NCBI GenBank assembly: GCA_964255285.1 | Contig: CAXUUL010000003.1 | Location: forward strand, 62,001-113,100 | Direction: 5' to 3' | DNA: 51,100 bases | Origin: Ionaspis alba | Lineage: Eukaryota | Shown here: piece by piece, positions 39,901-51,100 of the stretch | Layout of the letters: each line of letters begins with the position of its first letter | How positions within the stretch are numbered: position 1 is the stretch's first letter | Notes under the pieces: model-generated | What the model was told of the DNA's origin: nothing | Database searches by the model: none | The model's input: only the letters and a program-made list of their open reading frames with translations | Program-made: the position numbers and the translations under genes

Positions 39901-40734
39901 TATCATTGTCCGGCTTCGTGTCTGAGGTTCGTACTGTGGCTATACTCATCCTCCTCTTGAGTGCCAGCTCCTTTTCCGACTTCTCGCTAGCATATGCGCG
40001 TTGCTGTAGAACGGCAAGATAATCTTCATGTTCGGAGTAAATGTTATGAAGGATCATTGGCACTATGGTCCCGAGTAATCTTCCACTGTCCACACCAACG
40101 GCCTCCGAGGAGCTCAAGGCCTTGATTGACTGCAGTGCAGCACTCTTCCATCGTATGGCAACCGGCGTACTAGGAGCACTCTTTGAAGCAGGGACTGTTA
40201 TCGCATATCCCGCATAAGATCTTATCACATCCTCAAATTGTCTGATATGCTGTTGGTCGGAAGCAAGTGTAGCCATATCATAGTGCTCGCAATACATTTC
40301 GAATGTCGGTATAGAATCCTCGACCATGTTCAGATCATGCGACTGAAGAATGAGTTTGAGAATGCGAAGAACGTAGGGAGAGTATAGAGGAAGATCTCGA
40401 GGAGATTTGTCAATCAATGCCCGGAGGATCTTAAGTGTCACCTGAACATTCCTGGTTTTGTCAGTTAGGAACAAGGAGTTGGTCAAAGATATGGAGCTGA
40501 GGTCTCTCCGATCAATCATCTCTAGACATACCCAATTCTACCCCGGTAGACATCGCTCCCGGCCTTCTTTTCCAAGAATGCCCCCACCTTCTGCACTTTG
40601 CTCCGACGCGTACTAGCATAGTAGCACAGATAGGAGAGCTCGCTTGCATTGGGTTTGACATCGACAACGTTCTTCTGGAATTTGGGATAGCACTTCAAAA
40701 CCAGGACCTGGTGTTTTGGGCGCACGGCGTTCAT
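36941..40734 (-). CDS. EFR3: Efr3 (plasma-membrane scaffold of the PI4-kinase complex)
   Basis: MNAVRPKHQVLVLKCYP...SELSYLCYYASTRRSKVQKVGAFLEKK, NVQVTLKIL, WTPVQDRF, NMIGLSVMDVL, LATHIYYSDQISDM; one intron at ~40453-40530. Confidence 0.93.
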
Positions 40735-41508
40735 TGGAGGGACGGAGTTGTTGAAATGTGTCCAGCAGAAGCTCACTATGAGATGCTTTGCGATAACATT
40801 GAAGTAATGATGAGAGGTTTGGCACGCGATTGTCAACTTCCACCCCGATCAGCCGGACTCCAGTCGTGCAGATACGGCATGCTATGAGCTTGGGAGAGTT
40901 GTCATCTCGGCGTTGGGAGATTGGTGAGCACCGAAACTTTGGAATGAATAACCGAAACGCGGCATGGCGCGGAGTCTGCCCAGCTTCTTAGCGAAACCGG
41001 TTTATTCCTGACCGCGACCTCAATCCAAGAACAACACCCTGTGCAAGCTGGAGAAGGGAGAGTCCCAAAGGAAACCTCCAGCGCCTCCGGCTTGGACCAT
41101 CCCTGCAATCCTACGAGAAGCAGGTAGTGACCCATTTCCCATTCCTGGACGGACTTCTGATGAGGTCCAGATCATGTCTTGGTTGCTAGGGGGATCCTGA
41201 CAGGCGGGAAAGTCACGTTCAAACTTCATCACAGCTGTTTTCATACATTACAAGCCTTTTTCTGCTGAGTTAGCTATGCCATATCGTCGACTTCTTGTCA
41301 TGAGTACAATTAATCATAGACTGTCTCTGTATCGCAAGGCCTGAATAAGTTTTCCTCTAAACGCTAGGGCAAGTTTTCGCCAAGCCATTCTAATAGGGCT
41401 GGCAGCGTTCTCGAACGCGTCTTCCCAGATCGCGTTTCCAATTCTCTGAAAAAGTTCTTTCAATTCTCATTTCCACTCACGACAGCAGCCGCCTTTGAGC
41501 CAGTCAAG

Positions 41509-42570
41509 ATGCCCAAACGCCGCGCAGTAAGCCCGCCTCCAGCCTCCCCGTCTCCACCACCGACCCGCCGTCGCGAAACTCCCTCCACGTCCGCCTCACG
41601 CTCCCTTTCCGCAGATCCTACCGCAACCTCAGAAGCACAGATGACCAAAAACCTAGTCCGCCTAGCACTTGCCACTGAATACGCTCGTCTTCCTCTCCGC
41701 CGCTCCGACATACTCGCTAAAGCCCTCGGTGGCTCGTCCTCCCGATCTTTCAAGTCCGTCTTCGCCGCCGCGCAAACGATCCTTCGCAAGAAATTTGGTA
41801 TGACGCTTTCGCCGCTACCGTCCAAAGAGAAAATCACTGTTGCGCAGAAGAGAGCGGCGCAGAGGTCTGGTGCGAGCCTGGGAAGCACTGCTCCTCAGGC
41901 TTATATTTTGACGTCGGTATTGCCAGCTGAATTAAGGACACCGATTATACTGGCGCCAAGCAAGGCACCGGGAGCTGCACACGAGGCGGCTTATACGGGA
42001 TTCTACAGTTTTGTGGTTGGAATCATCTATCTGTGCCAGGGACAAAGGTGTAGCGAGACTTTTCTGGAGACCAATTTGAGGAGGGTCAACGCGGATAATT
42101 TTCTGTTGGGCGACAAGACGGACAAACTACTAAAGAGGATGGAGAGGGAGGGGTACATAGTCAAGGTGCGTGAAAGGGAGGCAGGTGGGGAAGAGACTGT
42201 CGAGTGGGTCATTGGCCCGAGGGGTCGGGTGGAGATCGGAGAGGAAGGCATTGCGGGTCTGGTGAGAGGCGTATTTGGTAAAGAGACGGAGTTAGAGGCA
42301 AGACTAGAGCGGAGTTTGGGAGTGGGGACCTTCAGGAAGGAGGATGCAGAGGCTGATCGGGAGGGAGAGGCCGAAGGCGAAGAGGAAGAGGAAGACATGG
42401 GTGGGGAGGAGAATAGGGAGAGGCGGCCAGAGAGGAGGAGGTCTGGTAGAGGGAGGGCTCAGCAGGAAGATGGTGGGGAGGAAGAAGATGAAGACGAGGA
42501 AGAAGGCGGTGGAGAAGGCGAGGATGACGACGACGACGACGTTGATGGCGGTGAGGAGGAAGAAGAATAA
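41509..42570 (+). CDS. NSE3: MAGE-family Smc5/6 subunit Nse3
   Basis: MTKNLVRLALATEYARLPLRRSDI, LRKKFGMTL, YILTSVLP, EWVIGPRGRVEIG; acidic tail. Confidence 0.85.
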   Translation: MPKRRAVSPPPASPSPPPTRRRETPSTSASRSLSADPTATSEAQMTKNLVRLALATEYARLPLRRSDILAKALGGSSSRSFKSVFAAAQTILRKKFGMTLSPLPSKEKITVAQKRAAQRSGASLGSTAPQAYILTSVLPAELRTPIILAPSKAPGAAHEAAYTGFYSFVVGIIYLCQGQRCSETFLETNLRRVNADNFLLGDKTDKLLKRMEREGYIVKVREREAGGEETVEWVIGPRGRVEIGEEGIAGLVRGVFGKETELEARLERSLGVGTFRKEDAEADREGEAEGEEEEEDMGGEENRERRPERRRSGRGRAQQEDGGEEEDEDEEEGGGEGEDDDDDDVDGGEEEEE

Positions 42571-42835
42571 GAAGAAGGGGAAGATGATGACTAGGACTCG
42601 CATGTAGCAGTCCCTTCTTACACCGCATACAGCCTCTTTCTCTGATAACGACATAAATGTTGTTCAGATACATACATTGTGTATGTGAAGATGCTCAGCA
42701 CAATAAGCTGAAGCCCATCCTGGCTTACAGGCCCAGCCCTTCAAACTACTGCTCATCAGGAGTCTAATAATACTAGTGCTCGATCCAACGCCAAGCTATG
42801 CGGTCCATTTCATGATACATACGGTTTCATCCCTT

Positions 42836-43582
42836 TCATTCGCTATCACTTCCGCTACCTGTCGGGCCCTCATCTGCTTCAGCATCGCCGTTGACCACGT
42901 CGTTCCCTGCCATCTGAGCAAACTCTACTTTCTGTAACATGCTCCGGAGCTCGGTATTTCGTGGATCGACAAGTTCCATGGCCTTCAGTTTGGCTTTGTT
43001 CCGTACCCTGGATGTGGACAGGATTAGCGCTTGCAAGTAGATCAAGATTGGTACTGCCCAACGTAGTAATGACATGCCTAGGATCTGCGCCAGCGTCCAG
43101 GAGCAGTTCGACCAAAGAACTTCCCGCTTCCCATTCCGGCTTTGCCAGCTCGTTGACAAAGCGAACCGCCTTGTGTAAAGGTGTATCACCTTCCATACGA
43201 TCAACAGGATCAACTTCAAGTCCCTCTTGGTCTAGCAGGGTATCGAGAACATCATCTAAACATGGCGGGCTAAAATTAGCGACCCGTGAGCTTCTCACAC
43301 GCTGCTTCCCAAGGTTTGTAGACGTACAGCTGCCGTAACTAGCGGCAATATGTAGGCAGAAGTTTCCCAGGCCGTCCGTCGCAGTGTTCAGTAGCTGAGC
43401 AGTTGTTTCTGGTGACGATTGGGATGAGAGGACTTCGGTCAGGAGGGTGGTATTGTTGCGCCGGCAAGCTTCGAGAAGCAGCTCTCGAGGTGTCGCACCC
43501 TAGGACCGTTGACTGTCAGTACACAGCTTTGCGGTCAAGAGGTCTTTTCTGCGCTCTTCACTTGACCTACCTCATCAGCCAT
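42836..43582 (-). CDS. Small ankyrin-repeat protein (YCR051W-like), multi-intron
   Basis: MADE|GATPRELLLEACRRNNT, GNFCLHIAASYGS, DVLDTLLDQEGLEVDPVDRMEGDTPLHKAV, LLLDAGADPR|VRNKAKLK. Confidence 0.85.
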
Positions 43583-43937
43583 GGCAATGATTGATTTGAG
43601 ACTCCACGCCGCCAGCAATGCCCCCAAGTCGATGCGGCAATCAGAAATGCGTTATTGAGCCTTGTCAGAGCAGAGACAACCTATACTGGGCGAAGAAAAG
43701 CTCGATAAAAGTTCGCCCAGGCTTACCAGTTCCCAATTGTGCTCGTTGATACTGTCGGAGAATAGCATAAAAGACGTTATATTGAGGCTCAGGAACGCGT
43801 GGGATGTCTCAGCCCTGTGAAGTGACGCAAATAGATCCGAGAGTTCTAGACCCTATCACTCCTGTCAACAACTTCTTTTTCCCAGATTTTGACTGTTTTC
43901 AATTTTCGTCACTGGTCGCTTTGTGTAACTCTGAACC

Positions 43938-44542
43938 ATGATCGTTTGTTAGTATATCAACCCCCCCATGCCATAGTTCTGGCCTATGTTTCTGATATCT
44001 TCTCAGTCTGCCCTTACTGCAGCAATGCTCTCAATATCTGCAGGACACGCCCCACCAGCGGCGCTGTCGAAGAGCGAAATGCCATGGAATGCCGCACTTG
44101 CCCTTACCGGTTCGTCATTGACTCAAAGTACTACGACCGCAAGGAAATGAGAAGGAAAGAAGTCGAAGACGTTATGGGCGGGAAAGATGCCTGGGCGAAT
44201 GTGGATAAAACAGATGGTGTGTTCTTCAAAGCTGCAACTACATCGAAACCGAGACCTTCTCATACCGCTCTGGCTTCCGCTTGGACTGGACCACTCTTTA
44301 ACATGTTGTATGAATTAGGTAATATGGACTTGAAGCTAACCGTGGAATCACAGCACAATGTCCTCGAGACGGATGTGATGGATCACAAGCATTCTTCTAC
44401 CAGGTGCAGATACGAAGTGCCGACGAGCCCATGACTACTTTTTACAAGGTATCCAACTTATAAATGTCTGCGGCTTAAAGAGATAGTATATCTGACTACA
44501 TTCCAGTGTACGACTTGCGCGCAACGATGGAAGGAGAATTAG
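43938..44542 (+). CDS. RPC11: RNA polymerase III subunit C11, 3 introns
   Basis: MIVFCPYCSNAL, ECRTCPY, KEVEDVMGG..AWANVDKT, AFFYQVQIRSADEPMTTFYK|CTTCAQRWKEN*. Confidence 0.95.
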
Positions 44543-45142
44543 GCTAGCGAAATCTCTTTCGGAACGCCCTTTGGTCTCCTCTGATAGAGCTGGATTTTAC
44601 TGGCCACAATTCCGTGGTTGCGAATCTTCGAATCTGGCCCAGATTGCCTTCAAAATTGTCTGCTGCGCAATATACCGTATGGGACCCTACTGGACAAAGG
44701 AGATAAGGAACGGCCTGTGCATCGGGTTGCCGCAAGAATTGCGCATTCTTCTGATGCTCATTGTCCCTCTAGGTCGACCGGGTGAAGCAGTGGCAGGCCT
44801 TACAAGCTCGTGGAACGCGAAAAATAGCAGAACAGCTGTACGATGCCCTATAGAGCATGAAAAGCTTCTTCGCTGATGCTGTATCGATTTTGCCATTTGC
44901 GAAGAATCCCATCCATTGTGCGAGGCCAGGAATTTAGGAAGGGAAGGGAGCTCACATTGAGTAGTTGCTGTGGGTGAGAGACGTCCGCGCCTTAGAAAGC
45001 TCAGCCGGAGAATCGGCCTAACTACAGGCCGACCCAGCTCAAGCGGGGAATGCTAACGGAGCTTCACGAGGAGGCTGGATGTCAATATCTCAGTTGCCTT
45101 CATCTACTCCCTCCCTCGACAACTTCACTGCTTTCCAACGCC

Positions 45143-46552
45143 ATGGATTCATCACCTTTTGACTTTCTTCGTGTGATTGAGGCCTTGAAGAATACCCAAC
45201 GAAGAGGTTGGGTAATCCGAGGAATTCAATCTCCCGAGAGCGTCTGTGACCACATGTATCGTATGGCTGTGATGATTTGGGTGTTACCTGGAGCGCGTTC
45301 AGGCTCTCTACTGTCAAGCAACTATTAAAAGCCCATTAGGTTGATGCGATACGAATGAGGGCCATGAAGATGGCACTGGCGCATGACATGGGCGAGGCGA
45401 TAATTGGAGATATAGCTCCGTCCGATGGAATTCCAAAAGGTACAGTCTATTGGTAGCTCTCGATTCGAATTCTATTCTAACGACTCAGTAGAGAGAAGCT
45501 CCTCAAGGAACGCCTTGCCCTCAATTACCTTTCATGCCTCGTCAGATCCGTGAATCCAATCTTTGCAGTTGAAATAGTGGAACTCTGGTCAGAGTTTGAC
45601 ATGGGTGACAGCAAAGCTGCGCAGCTAGTTCGAGGAGTGGACTCTCTGGAATGTATGGATCAAGCTGTGATATACGAAGAGCGATCGCAGCTGGATGAAA
45701 ATCTGGGTGACCTTATGGAGCTACAATCAAACATCAGTGCACCAGAACTGAGAGGCTGGACAGCATGTCTGAAGCAAGAGAGAGAAGCAATACGGTCTAT
45801 GAATGGAGCTCACAATACGATGTTCGTATTCGTACTCGGTACGTGGTCCACTATCATAATTTCCCTCTTCGTCTTGTGCTTACCGTTGAATAGGAGGCCC
45901 GGGTGTGGGCAAAGGAACACAGTGTGCTCGAATTGGTCAAGATTTCACTTCTGTCCATATTTCAGTTGGCGACTTACTCCGTGAAGAAGCGAAGTCGCCT
46001 ACGTCTGTTTTCGCCGATTTCATCAGCGACAGTATTAGAAATTCGATTATCATTCCGGCAGATCTTTCCGTACGATTGATACAAAAGAGAGTAAGAAAAT
46101 CGATGGCGAATGAAAAGGGTATCATTGTTATGGATGGATTTCCAAGAAGCCTGGACCAAGCTCGCGCCTTTGAGGAAAAGGTTGTGCTTTCCACACGCCG
46201 CAGTAGGCTGGCTATCGCTGACTTTCAGTAGATCAGTCGACGATACCTCACGATCCTTCTGAACTGTTCCAGAGAGGTCCTGCTCAGCCGTTTGAAAGGA
46301 CGCGCGAACTCATCTGGTCGGATCGATGATAACGACGATTCTATCAAAAAACGCCTACAAACATTTTCTGACGAAAATTCGAAAGTAAAAGAGTATCTAC
46401 GAAATAGGGGGCCGTTTCAAACAGTAAATTACTTGAAGATGAACACATTACCAATAACTTAAAACCAGAAGATTGATGCAAATGGCTCTGTTGACGAAGT
46501 GTATACTTCTGTCAAGGTCATAGTGAAAGAGATTTCCAGTTCTGTCTACTGA
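45143..46552 (+). CDS. Fusion of an HD-domain 5'-deoxynucleotidase (HDDC2/YfbR-like) and an adenylate/UMP-CMP kinase domain, 5 introns
   Basis: HD part: LKNTQRRGWV, ESVCDHMYRMA, ALAHDMGEAIIGDI, VRGVDSLE. Kinase part: FVLG|GPGVGKGTQC, HISVGDLLREE, MDGFPRSLDQA, GRIDDN...KKRL, IDANGSVDEVY. The domain junction lies inside one exon. Confidence 0.8.
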
Positions 46553-47656
46553 CTCTTTATGCTCTCCGATTTCCAGCACGTCGCTCCAGTGGTATGCACC
46601 TGACGGTTTTGGTACAGTAAGAGTACCACATTTCCCATATCAGACTGCCGGAGCACGTCCGTTAGAGAATATCTCCCATGTCTGACTCTCCCATGTGGCG
46701 CTCTGGAGGGGAAAATGTTTGGAGGTCTTGAAAGATCCACCGATGTTCCCGTTCGCGGAGTGTTCACAAGGTCCACATGTGTCTGACGAACTCGCTACTC
46801 ATGGTCAATCTCAGCTACCTCTTAAAGGGGCATTGAATAATGAATGGAATGCTGCCAATACGTCACTCTGTCTTCAGGGCAGGGCTCTACGGGTTCCTCC
46901 TCTCATTTGATTGCCTCTCTTCGCCTCTTTGCATTTCCAATATTTTCATCACCTTTCCGTTTGCGAGCAGACAGTCCATTATCAACAAGATTACCTGTAA
47001 GAATGTGATCCAGCTCTGAGTCGCGATGGTGCACAAGGTTTTCCGCAACCTCAGTTAGCACAGTGGTAGATGGCTTTCTGGATATCGAATTTTCTTGTCT
47101 GCTGACATGAGTCAGCTTCGTAGTATTAGAAGGGTAGCCATGCCTTATTATTTAAGACTCTCAAGAGCATCTTCGAAGGCTTTGATAATTGAGTGGTTGA
47201 TCTGACTATCTCAGATAACGAACCGGCGATTCAGACGCCCGGTCAACCGCAAGACACCAGAGTTGCCATATCAAGGCGGCGACCACTTGTGTTTGATTTA
47301 ACGGCTGTGAAGGGTACGGCGATGTCCGGCGCATATTTGCGTTCGCAGCTTGTGGATGTGTATGTCTCTGTTTACCTTCTTCTGGAAGCGCCCTAAGGAG
47401 TTTCAGGTCATGTGCGGTGAATGCAGCTTAAAAGCATTTTCAGAGGCCGACCACAGCCGGATTTGTTTTGGTGTAAGGGGATGGTGTCCGCGATTTGACC
47501 ACTTTACAAAGGGCAAGCAGAGAGCACCGGAACTCTTTAGCCTGGAATGCGCGATCTGTATAGAAACGGCTGCGGAAAAATTTGACAATCCATCCAACCG
47601 TGCAAATCCGCAGAGCTATCCCGATTGCATGGTGGACTAGAATTTTCAAGTATCTC

Positions 47657-49162
<1,506 letters not shown>

Positions 49163-49239
49163 TCAAGCACACCAAGAGCAAAAATTCACTGTCAAGAACC
49201 CAGTCGGTACTGTAGGGTTCCAAATTTCATGAAAAAGAT

Positions 49240-49477
49240 AATCCGTACGGTAACTGTTACCAGGAGGTGAAAAGGTTACAAAGAACCCTGAAGATAATGT
49301 AAAAATATTATTATATAAGCTTGGCATTCACGTGATTATAGATTTGGCAATCACGTGCTTATATCTACTTTATTTTCCTAATTAAGTAAAGCCTGTTGAT
49401 CCGATTAAGTTAGACATATTTACTTTTACAGAAAAAGATAACCTTTACTGAAAATTCTAAAATCAATCCATACGGTA
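49240..49477. repeat. AT-rich tract flanked by a 13-bp near-direct repeat, containing a 23-bp-period duplication with two CACGTG boxes
   Basis: aatccgtacggta (49240-49252) and aatccatacggta (49465-49477); ttggcattcacgtgattata (49321-49340) and ttggcaatcacgtgcttata (49344-49363). Confidence 0.45.
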
Positions 49478-50057
49478 TTTTTTCAAGGGATCTTTTACAG
49501 GATCCCTAGCCGGTACTGGAGAGCCAGGTTGTCTGCTGGGAAGACCTTTTGACCAATCACCCCGAATCCTCTTTTGAATGGATGGCCTGGGGCTGAAACG
49601 CAGCTTGAAACACGACTGGCAAGTTCAGCCGAGCTCACAGGGTTCAAGCCTAGGCACCGATTGGACCGAAACTGGGCCCTGAACTGTCAAGTCGCTTGCT
49701 CAGCCACATGCTCAGACCCAGGTGATGGCCGTGCCAGGCTGCTCAGTCTCACCTCAGGCTAAAGCAGCGTCTGCTCGGTCTGGGAACCACAACCGAAGTG
49801 GAAAACATGTCCGACTATGCAGGTATCTGGTGTCGAGTTCGCGTGTTTTCACAATCGGCAGCTGTCAACCGTGCCTATGAGATCATAATGCATTCTCGAG
49901 TGTGGGGAGTGCCCTGCGTTACCGTGATTTGTCAGTCGAGCATTGCGCAACTTCTCTTACATCCCAATCCAAACAATTTCCACCGCACTTCCTCTCCAGG
50001 AGCCCTCAATTCATGTTTAATCGTCTAACCCAAATTCAGAATCACTTTACCAGCAAT

Positions 50058-50939
50058 ATGGCAGTCGTCGCAGAGACGCAAAAGCCCGATATCAATCTTT
50101 ATACGGCTCAAACTCCCAATGGAATCAAGATCTCAATGACTTTGGAGGAGCTCGGGTTCGTGGGACAGCGTCTCCTGTACGAGGTTTGCCATGACTAATG
50201 GACCTTCCAAGCCTACCATACAAAGTCCACAAAATAGACATGACCAAGAACACTCAGAAAGAGCCTTGGTTTCTCGAAATCAATCCGAACGGACGCATTC
50301 CTGCCCTCACAGACACCTTCTCAGATGGCAAACAGATTCGACTTTTCGAGTCGGGGTCTATCATGCAGTATCTTGTCGAGCAATATGATATCAAAGGGCT
50401 CATAAGCTACCCGAAGGGCTCTCGAGAGTCCTATGAAGTGAACAATTGGCTATTTTTCTTGAATGCTGGTGTAGGACCTATGCAAGTTTGTGCTCATATC
50501 CCGTCCGGTCCGTGTGACCTTACGTCTCATACATCGCTAGGGTCAAGCAAATCACTTCTTTCGCTATGCACCCGAAAAGATCGAATATGGCGTAAAACGT
50601 TATCAGAATGAAACCAGAAGGCTGTATGGAGTCCTCGACAAACACCTTTCAACATCTGCCTCCGGCTATCTTGTTGGCGAGAAATGCACCGTTGCAGATA
50701 TTGCGCACTGGGGATGGGTTGCCGCTGCGGGATGGGCCGGTGTCGATATCGAGGAATTCCCACATCTGAAGGCTTGGGAGGAGAGAATGGAGAAAAGACC
50801 AGGCACTGAGAAAGGGAGGCACGTCCCAGACATACACAAGGTCAAAGAGATGTTGAAGGATCCGGAGGCGACGAAGCGACATGCTGAGGCTTCAGCCAAG
50901 TGGGTGCAGGCCCAGCAGAAGGCGGATGCTGAAAAGTGA
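50058..50939 (+). CDS. Glutathione S-transferase (Ure2p/GstA-like), 2 introns
   Basis: LYTAQTPNGIKISMTLEELG, QKEPWFLEINPNGRIPALTD, FESGSIMQYL, GPMQ|GQANHFFRYAP, YLVGEKCTVADIAHWGW. Confidence 0.93.
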
Positions 50940-51100
50940 TTTTTTTTTTATTCTGGAAATGGCCGGATTGTTGCAAAACTCTCGACGAGTGTAAGTTATA
51001 TGGAGTGATCTCTAAGATGGCTTAATATTGAAATTTCTTCCCTCCATAATTCTGGTTTAGAAATCTACTGTAACACTACAGACAATCGGGATGATATTTT

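Noticed and set aside
40700..40734. Efr3 N-terminus lacks the Cys cluster palmitoylated in animal EFR3
   Set aside because: Fungal Efr3 N-termini do not generally carry the animal-type cluster, so this is not distinctive.
42330..42600. GAG/GAA/GAC-rich low-complexity repeat
   Set aside because: It simply encodes the acidic tail of Nse3.
44316..44353. AG|GTAATA recursive-splice-like site in RPC11 intron 2
   Set aside because: The downstream piece would be only 35 nt, shorter than the other introns here (about 47 nt and up), so probably chance.
49350..49410. Resemblance to a budding-yeast point centromere (ATCACGTG, AT-rich spacer, CCGA)
   Set aside because: The spacer is far too short, the CDEIII match is poor, and filamentous ascomycetes have regional centromeres.
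49575..49660. tRNA gene suggested by GGTTCAAGCC
   Set aside because: No cloverleaf with proper acceptor, D and anticodon arms could be built.

Overview
Gene-dense, intron-containing nuclear DNA from a filamentous ascomycete (Pezizomycotina-type GT-AG introns with CTAAC/CTGAC branch points). It has three 100-N scaffold gaps whose flanks are duplicated. About 25 protein-coding loci can be supported. Most are housekeeping: glutaminase GtaA, BBP/MSL5, a GH5 glucanase, SF3B5, TAD1, a Rad51 paralog, SLS1, SPP1, SEC39, TEF1, RPL16, EFR3, NSE3, RPC11 and a GST. The most striking non-coding signal is in the branchpoint-binding-protein gene. The intron interrupting its KH domain has three tandem branch-point-like CUAAC motifs directly after the 5' splice site, plus an in-frame alternative donor 93 nt downstream held in a stem-loop, which suggests a splicing autoregulation circuit. 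A less conserved block (about 44.6-49.8 kb) carries an HD-nucleotidase/NMP-kinase fusion gene, a frameshifted SRPK-like kinase, an AT-rich repeat-bearing tract and a long GC-rich hairpin. All calls come from reading the sequence by eye; no searches were run and exon boundaries are manual.
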